Assembly (NCBI GenBank): GCA_947503345.1
Contig: CANNCW010000005.1
Span: 114,454 to 178,453 of the forward strand
From: an uncultured Kangiella sp.
Lineage (GTDB): Bacteria; Pseudomonadota; Gammaproteobacteria; Enterobacterales; Kangiellaceae
Reading direction: 5' to 3'
DNA: 64,000 nucleotides
The notes below the pieces were generated by a model. That model saw nothing but the letters and a program-made list of their open reading frames with translations. It did not search any database and was not told where the DNA came from. Within the stretch, counting starts at the first letter, position 1. Every line of letters begins with the position of its first letter. This document shows positions 10,296 to 18,035 of this stretch, piece after piece. Both the position numbers and the translations under genes were made by a program.

Positions 10296-10772
10296 TTAAG
10301 CTTTAGTTAACAGACATATAGCGTGAACGGCAATACCTTCCTTGCGCCCAACAAAGCCTAATTTTTCAGTAGTAGTAGCTTTGATATTAATTTGATCAAA
10401 GTCAACATCACAAACAGCAGCAATGATGGCACGCATTCCTTCAATCTTATTCGCCATTTTAGGCGTCTGTGCCACAATAGTAACGTCTAAATTCCCCAAA
10501 ACATAAGCAGAATCTTTCACTAAGACCATCACTTGCTTTAAAAGCTCTTTACTATCGGCACCTTTAAAAGATTCATCGGTATCAGGAAAGTGATGTCCAA
10601 TATCACCTTTAGCAATCGCACCCAAAAAAGCATCGCAAACCGCATGCAAAACCACATCGCCGTCAGAATGAGCCAATAAGCCCTGCTCACCTTTAAACTC
10701 AACGCCGCCTAGGATTAAAGGTTTATCCCCACCAAACTTATGCACATCATAGCCATGACCAATTCGAAACAT
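10296..10772 (-). CDS. ispF: 2-C-methyl-D-erythritol 2,4-cyclodiphosphate synthase
   Basis: [44 protein letters not shown]. Confidence 0.98.
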   Translation of the reverse strand: MFRIGHGYDVHKFGGDKPLILGGVEFKGEQGLLAHSDGDVVLHAVCDAFLGAIAKGDIGHHFPDTDESFKGADSKELLKQVMVLVKDSAYVLGNLDVTIVAQTPKMANKIEGMRAIIAAVCDVDFDQINIKATTTEKLGFVGRKEGIAVHAICLLTKA

Positions 10773-10796
10773 GAAGCCTACTCAGTAATTTATCAA

Positions 10797-12014
10797 TTAA
10801 GATGATCTTACCTCTATACTTCGTTTATGCCAAACTAATTGCTCCGCTTCAGCCAATGTATTCGCAATACAACCTAATTTATCTTTACCTAACTCATTAA
10901 CCTGCTGAATCGTTTGAATTTTCAAAAAACTGGCAACACTCAATCCACTTGAGTATTTAGCAGAGCCCATGGTTGGTAAAGTATGATTTGGCCCGGCACA
11001 ATAATCGCCATAAGCAACAGCACTATTATCACCAATAAAAATTGCACCAAAGTTATTCAAGTCAGCCTCTTGAATTCTTGCGTCTGCTAATAACAGGTGC
11101 TCAGGCGCGAAATTATCTGAAAATTCAATCATGTCTTTTTTATCAGTCGCCAAAACTAAAGTTATTTGCTTAGACTGGTATAACCCCCATAAATAATCAT
11201 CGGAACTGATTTTTTCATAAAGAGCAGCTATAAGATTTATTTGATCAGATACAAAAACACTATAAGCCTGCGGATCATGCTCTGCTTGAGCTGCCATATC
11301 CGCAATTACCCAATCTAAATTCGATTCTTCCCCAGCCAATATGAGTAATTCACTCGGACCCGCTGGAACATCAATTGCCAATCTTGACTGAAAATATTGC
11401 TTGGCGGCATTGACGTACTGGTTACCAGGGCCAACAACCATCTCTACGGGCTTTGAGTCTTGATAGCCTAAAGCTAAAGCGGAGATAGCTTGAGCGCCAC
11501 CAATCCTAATAAAGCTTGTTGCCCCGGCTAAAGAAGCTGCCGCTAAAATAGCTGGATGGTCCGAAGGTGAGCAGGCAATACGCTCTTCGCAGCCAGCTAT
11601 TTTTGCTGGAATAAGGGTCATTAAAGCGGTAGAAATCAAAGGGAACCTTCCACCAGGAATATAGGCTCCGATTCTTTTGATTGGACGATAGCAGTAGCCG
11701 TAACGACCAGTATTATCAGTAAACTCACGATCGGTTAAAGACTCCTTCTGAAATAGGCAAAATTGCTCTATCCTTTTAGCTGCTGACACGATGGCATCTG
11801 ACAAAGCTTCATCTAGCTCGTAATCCACAAAAGATTTTAGTGGAATAAAATCAGGACAAAAACCATCAAATCGCTTACTTAAATTATTAATCGCCGTATC
11901 GCCGTCCTGCTCGACTTCTTTGATCAACTCAATAACAGACTGCAAACGAAAAGTGCTTTGTTCAGCATTCGGTCTTTGCCAGTTTTCAGTGGTGAAATAT
12001 CGATTATCCTGCAT
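10797..12014 (-). CDS. hisD: Histidinol dehydrogenase
   Basis: YIPGG, VGPGNQYV, AGPSE, AQAEHD, PEHL, GDYCAGPNHTLPT. Start set at ATG 12014 (SD AGGTG 6 nt upstream); the ORF track uses GTG 12023. Confidence 0.93.
   Translation of the reverse strand: MQDNRYFTTENWQRPNAEQSTFRLQSVIELIKEVEQDGDTAINNLSKRFDGFCPDFIPLKSFVDYELDEALSDAIVSAAKRIEQFCLFQKESLTDREFTDNTGRYGYCYRPIKRIGAYIPGGRFPLISTALMTLIPAKIAGCEERIACSPSDHPAILAAASLAGATSFIRIGGAQAISALALGYQDSKPVEMVVGPGNQYVNAAKQYFQSRLAIDVPAGPSELLILAGEESNLDWVIADMAAQAEHDPQAYSVFVSDQINLIAALYEKISSDDYLWGLYQSKQITLVLATDKKDMIEFSDNFAPEHLLLADARIQEADLNNFGAIFIGDNSAVAYGDYCAGPNHTLPTMGSAKYSSGLSVASFLKIQTIQQVNELGKDKLGCIANTLAEAEQLVWHKRSIEVRSS
10805..10833 (-). promoter_or_regulatory. Candidate sigma70 promoter inside the last codons of hisD, pointing into ispF
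   Basis: Minus strand TTGGCA (10833-10828), 17-nt spacer, TAAGAT (10810-10805); about 32 nt upstream of the ispF ATG. Confidence 0.5.
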
Positions 12015-13242
12015 TACGCGCACCTAGCTCACTCATAATATTCTTAGCTGAAACGCCTTTCGACTTTGCGTTAACCAAAGCAAAATATAATAAATCTGCC
12101 GCCTCCCAGCGCACATCTTCTTGCGACTCTGCCTCGATAAGCTCTAAACATTCTTCATTAAGCTTTTCAGCTTGCAGTGCTTTATCATTAAATAATTTAT
12201 TGGTGTAAGAATTTACTTCTGGCTGCTCAATCCTTCGTTGCAATACTTGATCTAACGAATAAAGACTAAATTCAGGTTTTTGACTAGCGAAACAACTATA
12301 ACGGTCAAAATGGCAAGCATTTCCCGTTTGTTTAACTTGGAATATTAAGGTGTCGCCATCACAATCGTAATCAATATTCATTAGCAGCTGACCATTACCG
12401 CTAGCAAGTCCTTTCTGCCAAACCTCTTTACGAGACCGACTGTAATAAACGCCCCGCTGGCTATCTATCGCTTGCGCTAATGAAGCTTGATTAGAGTAAG
12501 CCAACATTAAAACGCTACGAGTTTCATAATCCTGCACTATGGTTGGTATTAAATCGAACTTATCGAAATCCAAGCAAGAGAATAATCCGTCTTTCAAATT
12601 AATTTTGTTGGTATAAAGGGACATACCAATTTGACTATTTGCCCCAAGTCGGTTTATGTACTGAATGTCATCATAATCAGTGATACCTCCAGCAACCGTT
12701 ACAGGAACTTTTGAGTTCTTAATCACTTGGCTAATTCTTTGCTTATCAATACCTTTCAATAAACCTTCTTTATTCACTTGGGTGTATAAAAATTCAGAAC
12801 ATTTTTTCTCAAGCAATGGTATTAAATCTATTACCTTTGTCTTAGACTTTTCTTTCCAACCCTTAATTGCCCAATTATCATCAAAGGCGTCTATTGCAAA
12901 AATTAATTGTTGTTTCGGTAGCTTATTAACAAATTCATCTTGGCAATTTGTGCCAATAATAATCTTAGAGGCGCCGCTGGCAAGGTAATCTCTTGCGGTA
13001 TCATAATCTCTTATCCCTCCTCCAACTCGGCAAGCTCGTCGAGCTAATAGTTGCTTAATTAATGGCTTATTATCACCTCGACCTAATGCCGCATTCAAAT
13101 CTATAATCGCTACTTCGCCATAAAGAGCGAACTCTTCTAACAAATCAAAAACATTCTCTTTTTCAACTATCTTTTTGTCAGGGTTACCCTGCTGTAATTG
13201 AACGGCCTTGCCATCCAATAAATCAATTGATGGTATTAACAT
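12004..13242 (-). CDS. hisA-hisIE: Fusion of HisA (ProFAR isomerase), HisI (PR-AMP cyclohydrolase) and HisE (PR-ATP pyrophosphatase)
   Basis: aa 1-~222: IPSIDL, VGGGIR, IFAIDA (HisA). aa ~224-325: LIPTIVQD, YYSRSR..W.KG..SG, DCDGD, ACH...SCF (HisI). C-terminus: SYT..L, EK..EE, EAADLLY (HisE). One continuous frame. Confidence 0.9.
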   Translation of the reverse strand: MLIPSIDLLDGKAVQLQQGNPDKKIVEKENVFDLLEEFALYGEVAIIDLNAALGRGDNKPLIKQLLARRACRVGGGIRDYDTARDYLASGASKIIIGTNCQDEFVNKLPKQQLIFAIDAFDDNWAIKGWKEKSKTKVIDLIPLLEKKCSEFLYTQVNKEGLLKGIDKQRISQVIKNSKVPVTVAGGITDYDDIQYINRLGANSQIGMSLYTNKINLKDGLFSCLDFDKFDLIPTIVQDYETRSVLMLAYSNQASLAQAIDSQRGVYYSRSRKEVWQKGLASGNGQLLMNIDYDCDGDTLIFQVKQTGNACHFDRYSCFASQKPEFSLYSLDQVLQRRIEQPEVNSYTNKLFNDKALQAEKLNEECLELIEAESQEDVRWEAADLLYFALVNAKSKGVSAKNIMSELGARNAG

Positions 13243-13997
13243 TTTCTCACCTCAATACTATTTTGAATTAATTTTTCTTTAACTTTCGATACGGTTGTTT
13301 CTCCACGATGAAACATCCCAGCTGCTAACGCTGCGTCACTTCCAGCTTTAAATGTATCCACAAAATCTTGTGCATTAGAGGCTCCGCCCGAAGCAATAAT
13401 TTGTATAGATGATTTCTGACAAACCTTGGCCATCAAGTCATTGTCAAAACCTTCACCAGTTCCATCTTTATGCATCGCGGTTAGCAAAATTTCACCAGCA
13501 CCACGTTGTTCCACTTCACTAATCCACTTAAATGGATCTTTATGCGTTGGCGTATGACCTCCATTAATAAATACCTGATATTGTTCATTCACTTGGTTAA
13601 CATCTATCGCAACCACTAAACATTGAGAGCCAAAACCTATAGCAATTTGGTCAATAAGATCTGGGGTTTTAACAGCTGCAGTATTTAAAGCGACTTTATC
13701 TGCTCCAGCATCTAAAAATGCCACCACATCTCCATAAGAATTAAGCCCGCCGCCAACGGTAAATGGAATAGATAGATTCTTAGCAACATTGGTAACAGTA
13801 TCTAAGGCATTTTTTCGATTTTCCAAAGTAGCCTTAATATCTAGAAACATTATTTCATCAGCTCCTTGTTCTTGGTAATTTATAGCTAATTCAACGGGGT
13901 CACCCATATCCTTCAAGCCTTTAAAATTAACGCCTTTTACCACTCTGCCGTTAGCGACATCCAAGCAAACAATTACCCGCGATTTTAATTTAGACAT
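13236..13997 (-). CDS. hisF: Imidazole glycerol phosphate synthase, cyclase subunit
   Basis: RVIVCLDV, VVKGVNF, GDPVELA, GADEIMFLDI, DGTGEGFD, IIASGGA. Confidence 0.97.
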   Translation of the reverse strand: MSKLKSRVIVCLDVANGRVVKGVNFKGLKDMGDPVELAINYQEQGADEIMFLDIKATLENRKNALDTVTNVAKNLSIPFTVGGGLNSYGDVVAFLDAGADKVALNTAAVKTPDLIDQIAIGFGSQCLVVAIDVNQVNEQYQVFINGGHTPTHKDPFKWISEVEQRGAGEILLTAMHKDGTGEGFDNDLMAKVCQKSSIQIIASGGASNAQDFVDTFKAGSDAALAAGMFHRGETTVSKVKEKLIQNSIEVRKC

Positions 13998-14584
13998 TGT
14001 TTTAGAATCTCCTCACCTTGTTTACCCGATTTTTCAGGATGAAATTGAAATGCTGTTAGCCCTTTAGATTGGATAGAAGCTGAGAACTCATCTCCATAAG
14101 AAACTAAAGAAGTTGCAAACCTAGACTCTTTAACTGCATAACTATTTACAAAATAAACGTCTCTATCACTTAAGAAAGGTATATCTGAATTCAGAGAACA
14201 CCAACCGACCATAGGTTGTTTTGGGCTATTTAACTTAGTAACCCTACCTTCCAATAAACCTAACCCTTCTACGCCCAAATCCTCTTCAGATGATTGGAAA
14301 AATATTTGCAAGCCAACACAGATCCCTACAATTGTTCTGTCTTGTAGATACCAGTCTATTATTACTTTAGATAATCCATTATCGTTTAAGCGTTGCATGA
14401 CACTACCGAACCTACCTTGACCGGGAATGACCATAGCCTTGAATTGTTTTTCTGATTGCTTATCAATATCAGATGCTTGGCTGATCATCACAGGCTCAAG
14501 CCCAATACGCTTCAAGCAAGAAAAAAGACTAAATAGATTGCCAGCTCCAGTATCAATCACTGCTACTTTTTTGATATCAGTCAT
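13985..14584 (-). CDS. hisH: Imidazole glycerol phosphate synthase, glutaminase subunit
   Basis: IDTGAGN, IPGQG, GICVGLQ (nucleophile Cys), QFHPEKSG. Confidence 0.96.
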   Translation of the reverse strand: MTDIKKVAVIDTGAGNLFSLFSCLKRIGLEPVMISQASDIDKQSEKQFKAMVIPGQGRFGSVMQRLNDNGLSKVIIDWYLQDRTIVGICVGLQIFFQSSEEDLGVEGLGLLEGRVTKLNSPKQPMVGWCSLNSDIPFLSDRDVYFVNSYAVKESRFATSLVSYGDEFSASIQSKGLTAFQFHPEKSGKQGEEILKQCLN

Positions 14585-15159
14585 AAAACACCTTTTGAGC
14601 TATTTTCTAAGGCAGTACTAGCTAATGCTTGCTTTAATGCAAACGCTACCGCCTTAAAACTAGCCTCAATTAAGTGATGATTATTATCAAAATATTCAGT
14701 TTTGATATGCAGACTTATTTGCGCATTAATAGCAAAGCTATAGAAGAAGTGTTTCCACATCTCTGTTGCAATATTTCCTATCTGCTCACGACTAAAGGGC
14801 AAGTCGGTAATGCTATAAGCACGACCACAAACGTCCACCGCAACTAACACTAAAGTTGCATCCATTGGCAATAATCGTTGGCCATAACGCTGAATTTTTG
14901 CAGATGCGCGCCATGCTTTTTGTAATGCCTGACCTAAACATATAGCCACATCTTCAATTAAGTGATGGTCATCAACCTCTAAGTCACCTTGCGCAATTAC
15001 TTTCAAATTCCAGCCAGCATGTAGCGCAAGTTGAGTAAGCATATGGTCAAAAAATGGTAACCCTGTATTTATTTCTAAGTTTTGATTACCCGCTATATTT
15101 AATTTGAGTTTGATCTGAGTTTCTTTTGTTTCTCGTTCTATAGATACAGTTTGGCTCAT
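14581..15159 (-). CDS. hisB: Monofunctional imidazoleglycerol-phosphate dehydratase
   Basis: RETKETQI, FFDHML, DDHHLIED, NNHHLIEASFKA; no N-terminal phosphatase domain. Confidence 0.96.
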   Translation of the reverse strand: MSQTVSIERETKETQIKLKLNIAGNQNLEINTGLPFFDHMLTQLALHAGWNLKVIAQGDLEVDDHHLIEDVAICLGQALQKAWRASAKIQRYGQRLLPMDATLVLVAVDVCGRAYSITDLPFSREQIGNIATEMWKHFFYSFAINAQISLHIKTEYFDNNHHLIEASFKAVAFALKQALASTALENSSKGVL

Positions 15160-16826
15160 AATAAATCCTCTAGCTCATTAACACTTTCAAGAACAATGTC
15201 AGCACCAAATTGGTATAAACTCTTATCGCCAATACCTATAGCTAATGCCCCTGCTGATTTAGCTGCAAGCATATCGTCAGGTGCATCACCTAACATCCAG
15301 AGCGAGGTCTTTTTGTAATATTTTTTCGCCTTATCTATTCCTTCCGGACTTGGCTTAGATTTAATGACATCATCATCACTAATCAATAACGTGTTTAATA
15401 TTCCAAGTAAATTTAATCCAGCCTGCCCTTCAGTTTTACCTCTACCGGTTACAACGGCAGTACAAAGACTTTTGGATTTTTGAATAAAAATATAATCTGA
15501 TAATGATCTTTGGATTATTCGAGCCTCTTGTTCATATAATCCTTTCGCTTTTCCATCTCCTAAATAGAATGATTGAAAGGTATCTTTTACTCTATTGAAT
15601 TCAATTTCCTTGCCTTGTTTACGGATAAGTTCTTGTGCAAGAATCCAATCATTATTAAAACCTCCTTGCCCTCGTGTATTTAAAACATCAGCCACCGGGG
15701 GGCTTACACCAGTAAAATCCTCGACTGTTTTAATGATTGCTAAGTCATAGCTTTCTGAGGTATCAATCAAAACCCCATCCATATCAAAACAAATGAGTTC
15801 GGGCTCTAAAGCAAGCTTAAGTGCTGATAACAATCTTTTAATATAAAACGGAATGGCTATTCTTATAGCTTCAAATGAATTTACCTCTGAGAGACCTACT
15901 AACTCAGTTTTTATCTGTATATTCAGCTGCTTACAAGCAGCAGAGATGAGCTTAAGGCGTTTCGAATCTCCTCGTATTAATAAAAAGTTTGCTTCACTAG
16001 AACTTAATACCAATGGATAATCAGATAAAAAATTAATTATCTGCTGACGATTTAAATTAATTTGCTTGCAATAATTTTTAACTTCTAAGCTTGCAGATTG
16101 GGTAAAGGCTAACAACGCTAACTCGATATTAGGCTGCGAAATATTGAAAGGCATTGCCAACTTTTTGAACTCATTAATTAAAGTTTGTTGTCCTAATAAA
16201 TAACCTACTCGGATAGCGGCAAGACCATAGGCTTTGGATAAGGTTCTAAGGATCACTAAATTATCGAAGTCATTAAGTAATGCTAGATACTCATCTTCTA
16301 GATTAGTAAATTCGATATAAGCACAATCGAGAAAAACGTAAGCATTATTTTCTTTAGCCTTCTCACAAACAGCTCTTACTTTCTCTGCTGATAAAGTTTC
16401 GCCAGTGGGATTATTTGGACTTGTGATAATCACCATTGAGTTTTGCTCTATTGAAGACAAAAGTGATTCTTGATCAATATTTAACTCTGCTAATGGCTCT
16501 ATAATTTCGCAGTCAACTTTCCAGGAGTCCTTTCCAACCCAATACTGACTAAAAACAGGTAATGGCAGAATCAATTTAGAATCATTGATTTTTACCCATT
16601 TAAACATCAACTCTATGGCTTCATCGCCACCATTAGTAATCAGCAATTGATCTTTATCAATCTGAAATTTGTCGCAAATGACTTGCTGTAATTGATCCTT
16701 ATTAGGATACTTCCATAGACTATCAACAGGCATTTTAAACCCTGATAACCATAGAGGTAGACTATCCGAGCGTTCATTAAAATCGAGCTTCAGCGTTTTT
16801 TCATTCTGACAACTTAAAACATCCAT
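15156..16826 (-). CDS. hisC: Histidinol-phosphate aminotransferase fused to a C-terminal HAD-family phosphatase
   Basis: aa 1-~340: ITNGGDEAI, SPNNPTG, DCAYIEF, RTLSKAYGLAAIRVGY (PLP Lys). aa ~342-556: FDMDGVLID (D348/D350), VTGR, SKPSPEG, LGDAPDD (HAD motifs I-IV). Confidence 0.9.
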   Translation of the reverse strand: MDVLSCQNEKTLKLDFNERSDSLPLWLSGFKMPVDSLWKYPNKDQLQQVICDKFQIDKDQLLITNGGDEAIELMFKWVKINDSKLILPLPVFSQYWVGKDSWKVDCEIIEPLAELNIDQESLLSSIEQNSMVIITSPNNPTGETLSAEKVRAVCEKAKENNAYVFLDCAYIEFTNLEDEYLALLNDFDNLVILRTLSKAYGLAAIRVGYLLGQQTLINEFKKLAMPFNISQPNIELALLAFTQSASLEVKNYCKQINLNRQQIINFLSDYPLVLSSSEANFLLIRGDSKRLKLISAACKQLNIQIKTELVGLSEVNSFEAIRIAIPFYIKRLLSALKLALEPELICFDMDGVLIDTSESYDLAIIKTVEDFTGVSPPVADVLNTRGQGGFNNDWILAQELIRKQGKEIEFNRVKDTFQSFYLGDGKAKGLYEQEARIIQRSLSDYIFIQKSKSLCTAVVTGRGKTEGQAGLNLLGILNTLLISDDDVIKSKPSPEGIDKAKKYYKKTSLWMLGDAPDDMLAAKSAGALAIGIGDKSLYQFGADIVLESVNELEDLL

Positions 16827-16835
16827 TGCTGACTC

Positions 16836-17684
16836 CTAAAGTACTTTTCTAATCGGCGTTTCTAAAATATCCGTTGCACCAGCAGAAATTAATCTGGGCA
16901 ATAGATCCTTGGTCATACGCCTCTCAATAGCTGCTTTAATAGCAAACCCATCGCCTCGATAGAGCTCGCTCACCGTTGGCGATCGCATTGCTGGTAGCAA
17001 ATCTACAATTTTTTCGACCTTATCTTTAGGACAATTCATTTCTAATAAGACTCGCTTACGACCATTCATCACCCCCCTCATTAATAGTAAAAGGTCATCG
17101 ATTTGCTTCTTCTTTTGAGGATCTTTGAGTATAGACTTGTTTGCGATAAACTGAGTTGAGCTTTCCATAGCAGTACCAACTATTTTCAATCGATTTACTC
17201 GGATGGTTGAGCCAGTACTGGTATTATCAATGACCATATCAGCATCTTCAGGTGGAAAAACTTCAGTAGCGCCATAAGCTCTAAAGAGTTGATAATTAGC
17301 ACCAATAGAATCCAAGTATTGCTTTGCAATTTGTTTATATTCCGAAGCAACTATAATTTCTCGTTGTCTAACTTCACTCCAATCCCATTCCTCTGGAATG
17401 CAAGCCACGATTTTTACTGGGTTAAAGCCGAGGTTTTCTAGCACCTCAACGTCCGCATTTTGTTCTATAATCCAATCCATACCAGCAAAACCAATATCGT
17501 GCTGACCCAATGCAACCATTTCTGGAATGTTTTGGCTTTTCAATAACTTAACCTCAATATCACAACCAAATAAAGTTGGTCTGTAATTGCGACTATCACC
17601 AACCAAGGTTAAGCCAATATCCGATAATAGCTCCTCGACTTTCTCGTAAAGCTTACCCTTTGGTATTACCATTTTTAACGCCAT
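16836..17684 (-). CDS. hisG: ATP phosphoribosyltransferase, long form
   Basis: IPKG, DIGFAGMDW, YGATEVFP, DMVIDNTSTGSTIRVNRL, C-terminal regulatory domain (LPAMRSPTV); SD GGAG. Confidence 0.95.
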   Translation of the reverse strand: MALKMVIPKGKLYEKVEELLSDIGLTLVGDSRNYRPTLFGCDIEVKLLKSQNIPEMVALGQHDIGFAGMDWIIEQNADVEVLENLGFNPVKIVACIPEEWDWSEVRQREIIVASEYKQIAKQYLDSIGANYQLFRAYGATEVFPPEDADMVIDNTSTGSTIRVNRLKIVGTAMESSTQFIANKSILKDPQKKKQIDDLLLLMRGVMNGRKRVLLEMNCPKDKVEKIVDLLPAMRSPTVSELYRGDGFAIKAAIERRMTKDLLPRLISAGATDILETPIRKVL

Positions 17685-17718
17685 TTTGATTCTCCAAACT
17701 ATTAAATTTTAATTCTGC

Positions 17719-17759
17719 AAATAAAAACCCCGCTGACCTTTCGGAGCAACGGGGTTTTA
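17719..17759 (-). terminator. Attenuator 2 terminator, proximal to hisG
   Basis: Minus strand AAAACCCCGTTG-CTCCGAAAGGT-CAGCGGGGTTTT followed by TATTT: 12-bp stem with one G-U pair, GAAA loop, U-rich tail. Confidence 0.85.
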
Positions 17760-17776
17760 AAAATCGATTTATATAA

Positions 17777-17845
17777 CTACAACAAATCCCACCGTCGCCA
17801 ATGCAAAGTATGATGATGATGTGTTGTTATAAGTTGTATATACAT
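17777..17845 (-). CDS. hisL: His leader peptide 2, MYIQLITTHHHHTLHWRRWDLL (22 aa)
   Basis: Manual translation; four consecutive CAT codons plus a fifth His; stop TAG 17 nt before terminator 2. Not in the ORF track. Confidence 0.8.
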   Translation of the reverse strand: MYIQLITTHHHHTLHWRRWDLL

Positions 17846-17870
17846 ATTAGTTTCTATTTTCTTAAAGCAT

Positions 17871-17899
17871 AAAAAAAGCCCCGCAATTTGCGGGGCTTT
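17871..17899 (-). terminator. Attenuator 1 terminator, distal
   Basis: Minus strand AAAGCCCCGCA-AAT-TGCGGGGCTTT plus TTTT: perfect stem followed by a U run (7 T after the GC stem). Confidence 0.9.
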
Positions 17900-17932
17900 A
17901 AAATTCATTCTATTCGATTATTTTAAGCAATA

Positions 17933-17992
17933 TCACCCCGCCATCAGTTTTTCATGATGGTGATGATGGTTTTGTGCTTGCAAAATAATCAT
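17933..17992 (-). CDS. hisL: His leader peptide 1, MIILQAQNHHHHHEKLMAG (19 aa)
   Basis: Manual translation; five consecutive His codons (CAT CAT CAC CAT CAT); the 3' end GCGGGGT is complementary to the 5' arm of terminator 1. Not in the ORF track. Confidence 0.85.
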   Translation of the reverse strand: MIILQAQNHHHHHEKLMAG

Positions 17993-18035
17993 GCTGTGAT
18001 TTAAACCTATACTGTTTTTAAATGCAACTATTTTT

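Noticed and set aside
11990-12030. hisA-IE and hisD as one frameshifted HIS4-like polyprotein
   Set aside because: hisA-IE has a TAA at 12006-12004 and hisD has its own SD and ATG at 12014; no slippery sequence seen. Ordinary overlap coupling explains it.
17719-17992. Tandem attenuator as an assembly duplication, or a small RNA/CRISPR-like repeat
   Set aside because: The two units share layout but not sequence, there are no repeat-spacer units, and both hairpins are explained as terminators.
17993-18035. A defined sigma70 promoter for His leader 1
   Set aside because: TTGCAT-N17-TTAAAT has a poor -10, and the alternative TAGGTT is only 12 nt from TTGCAT. Read-through from ispD is equally possible, so it is not called.
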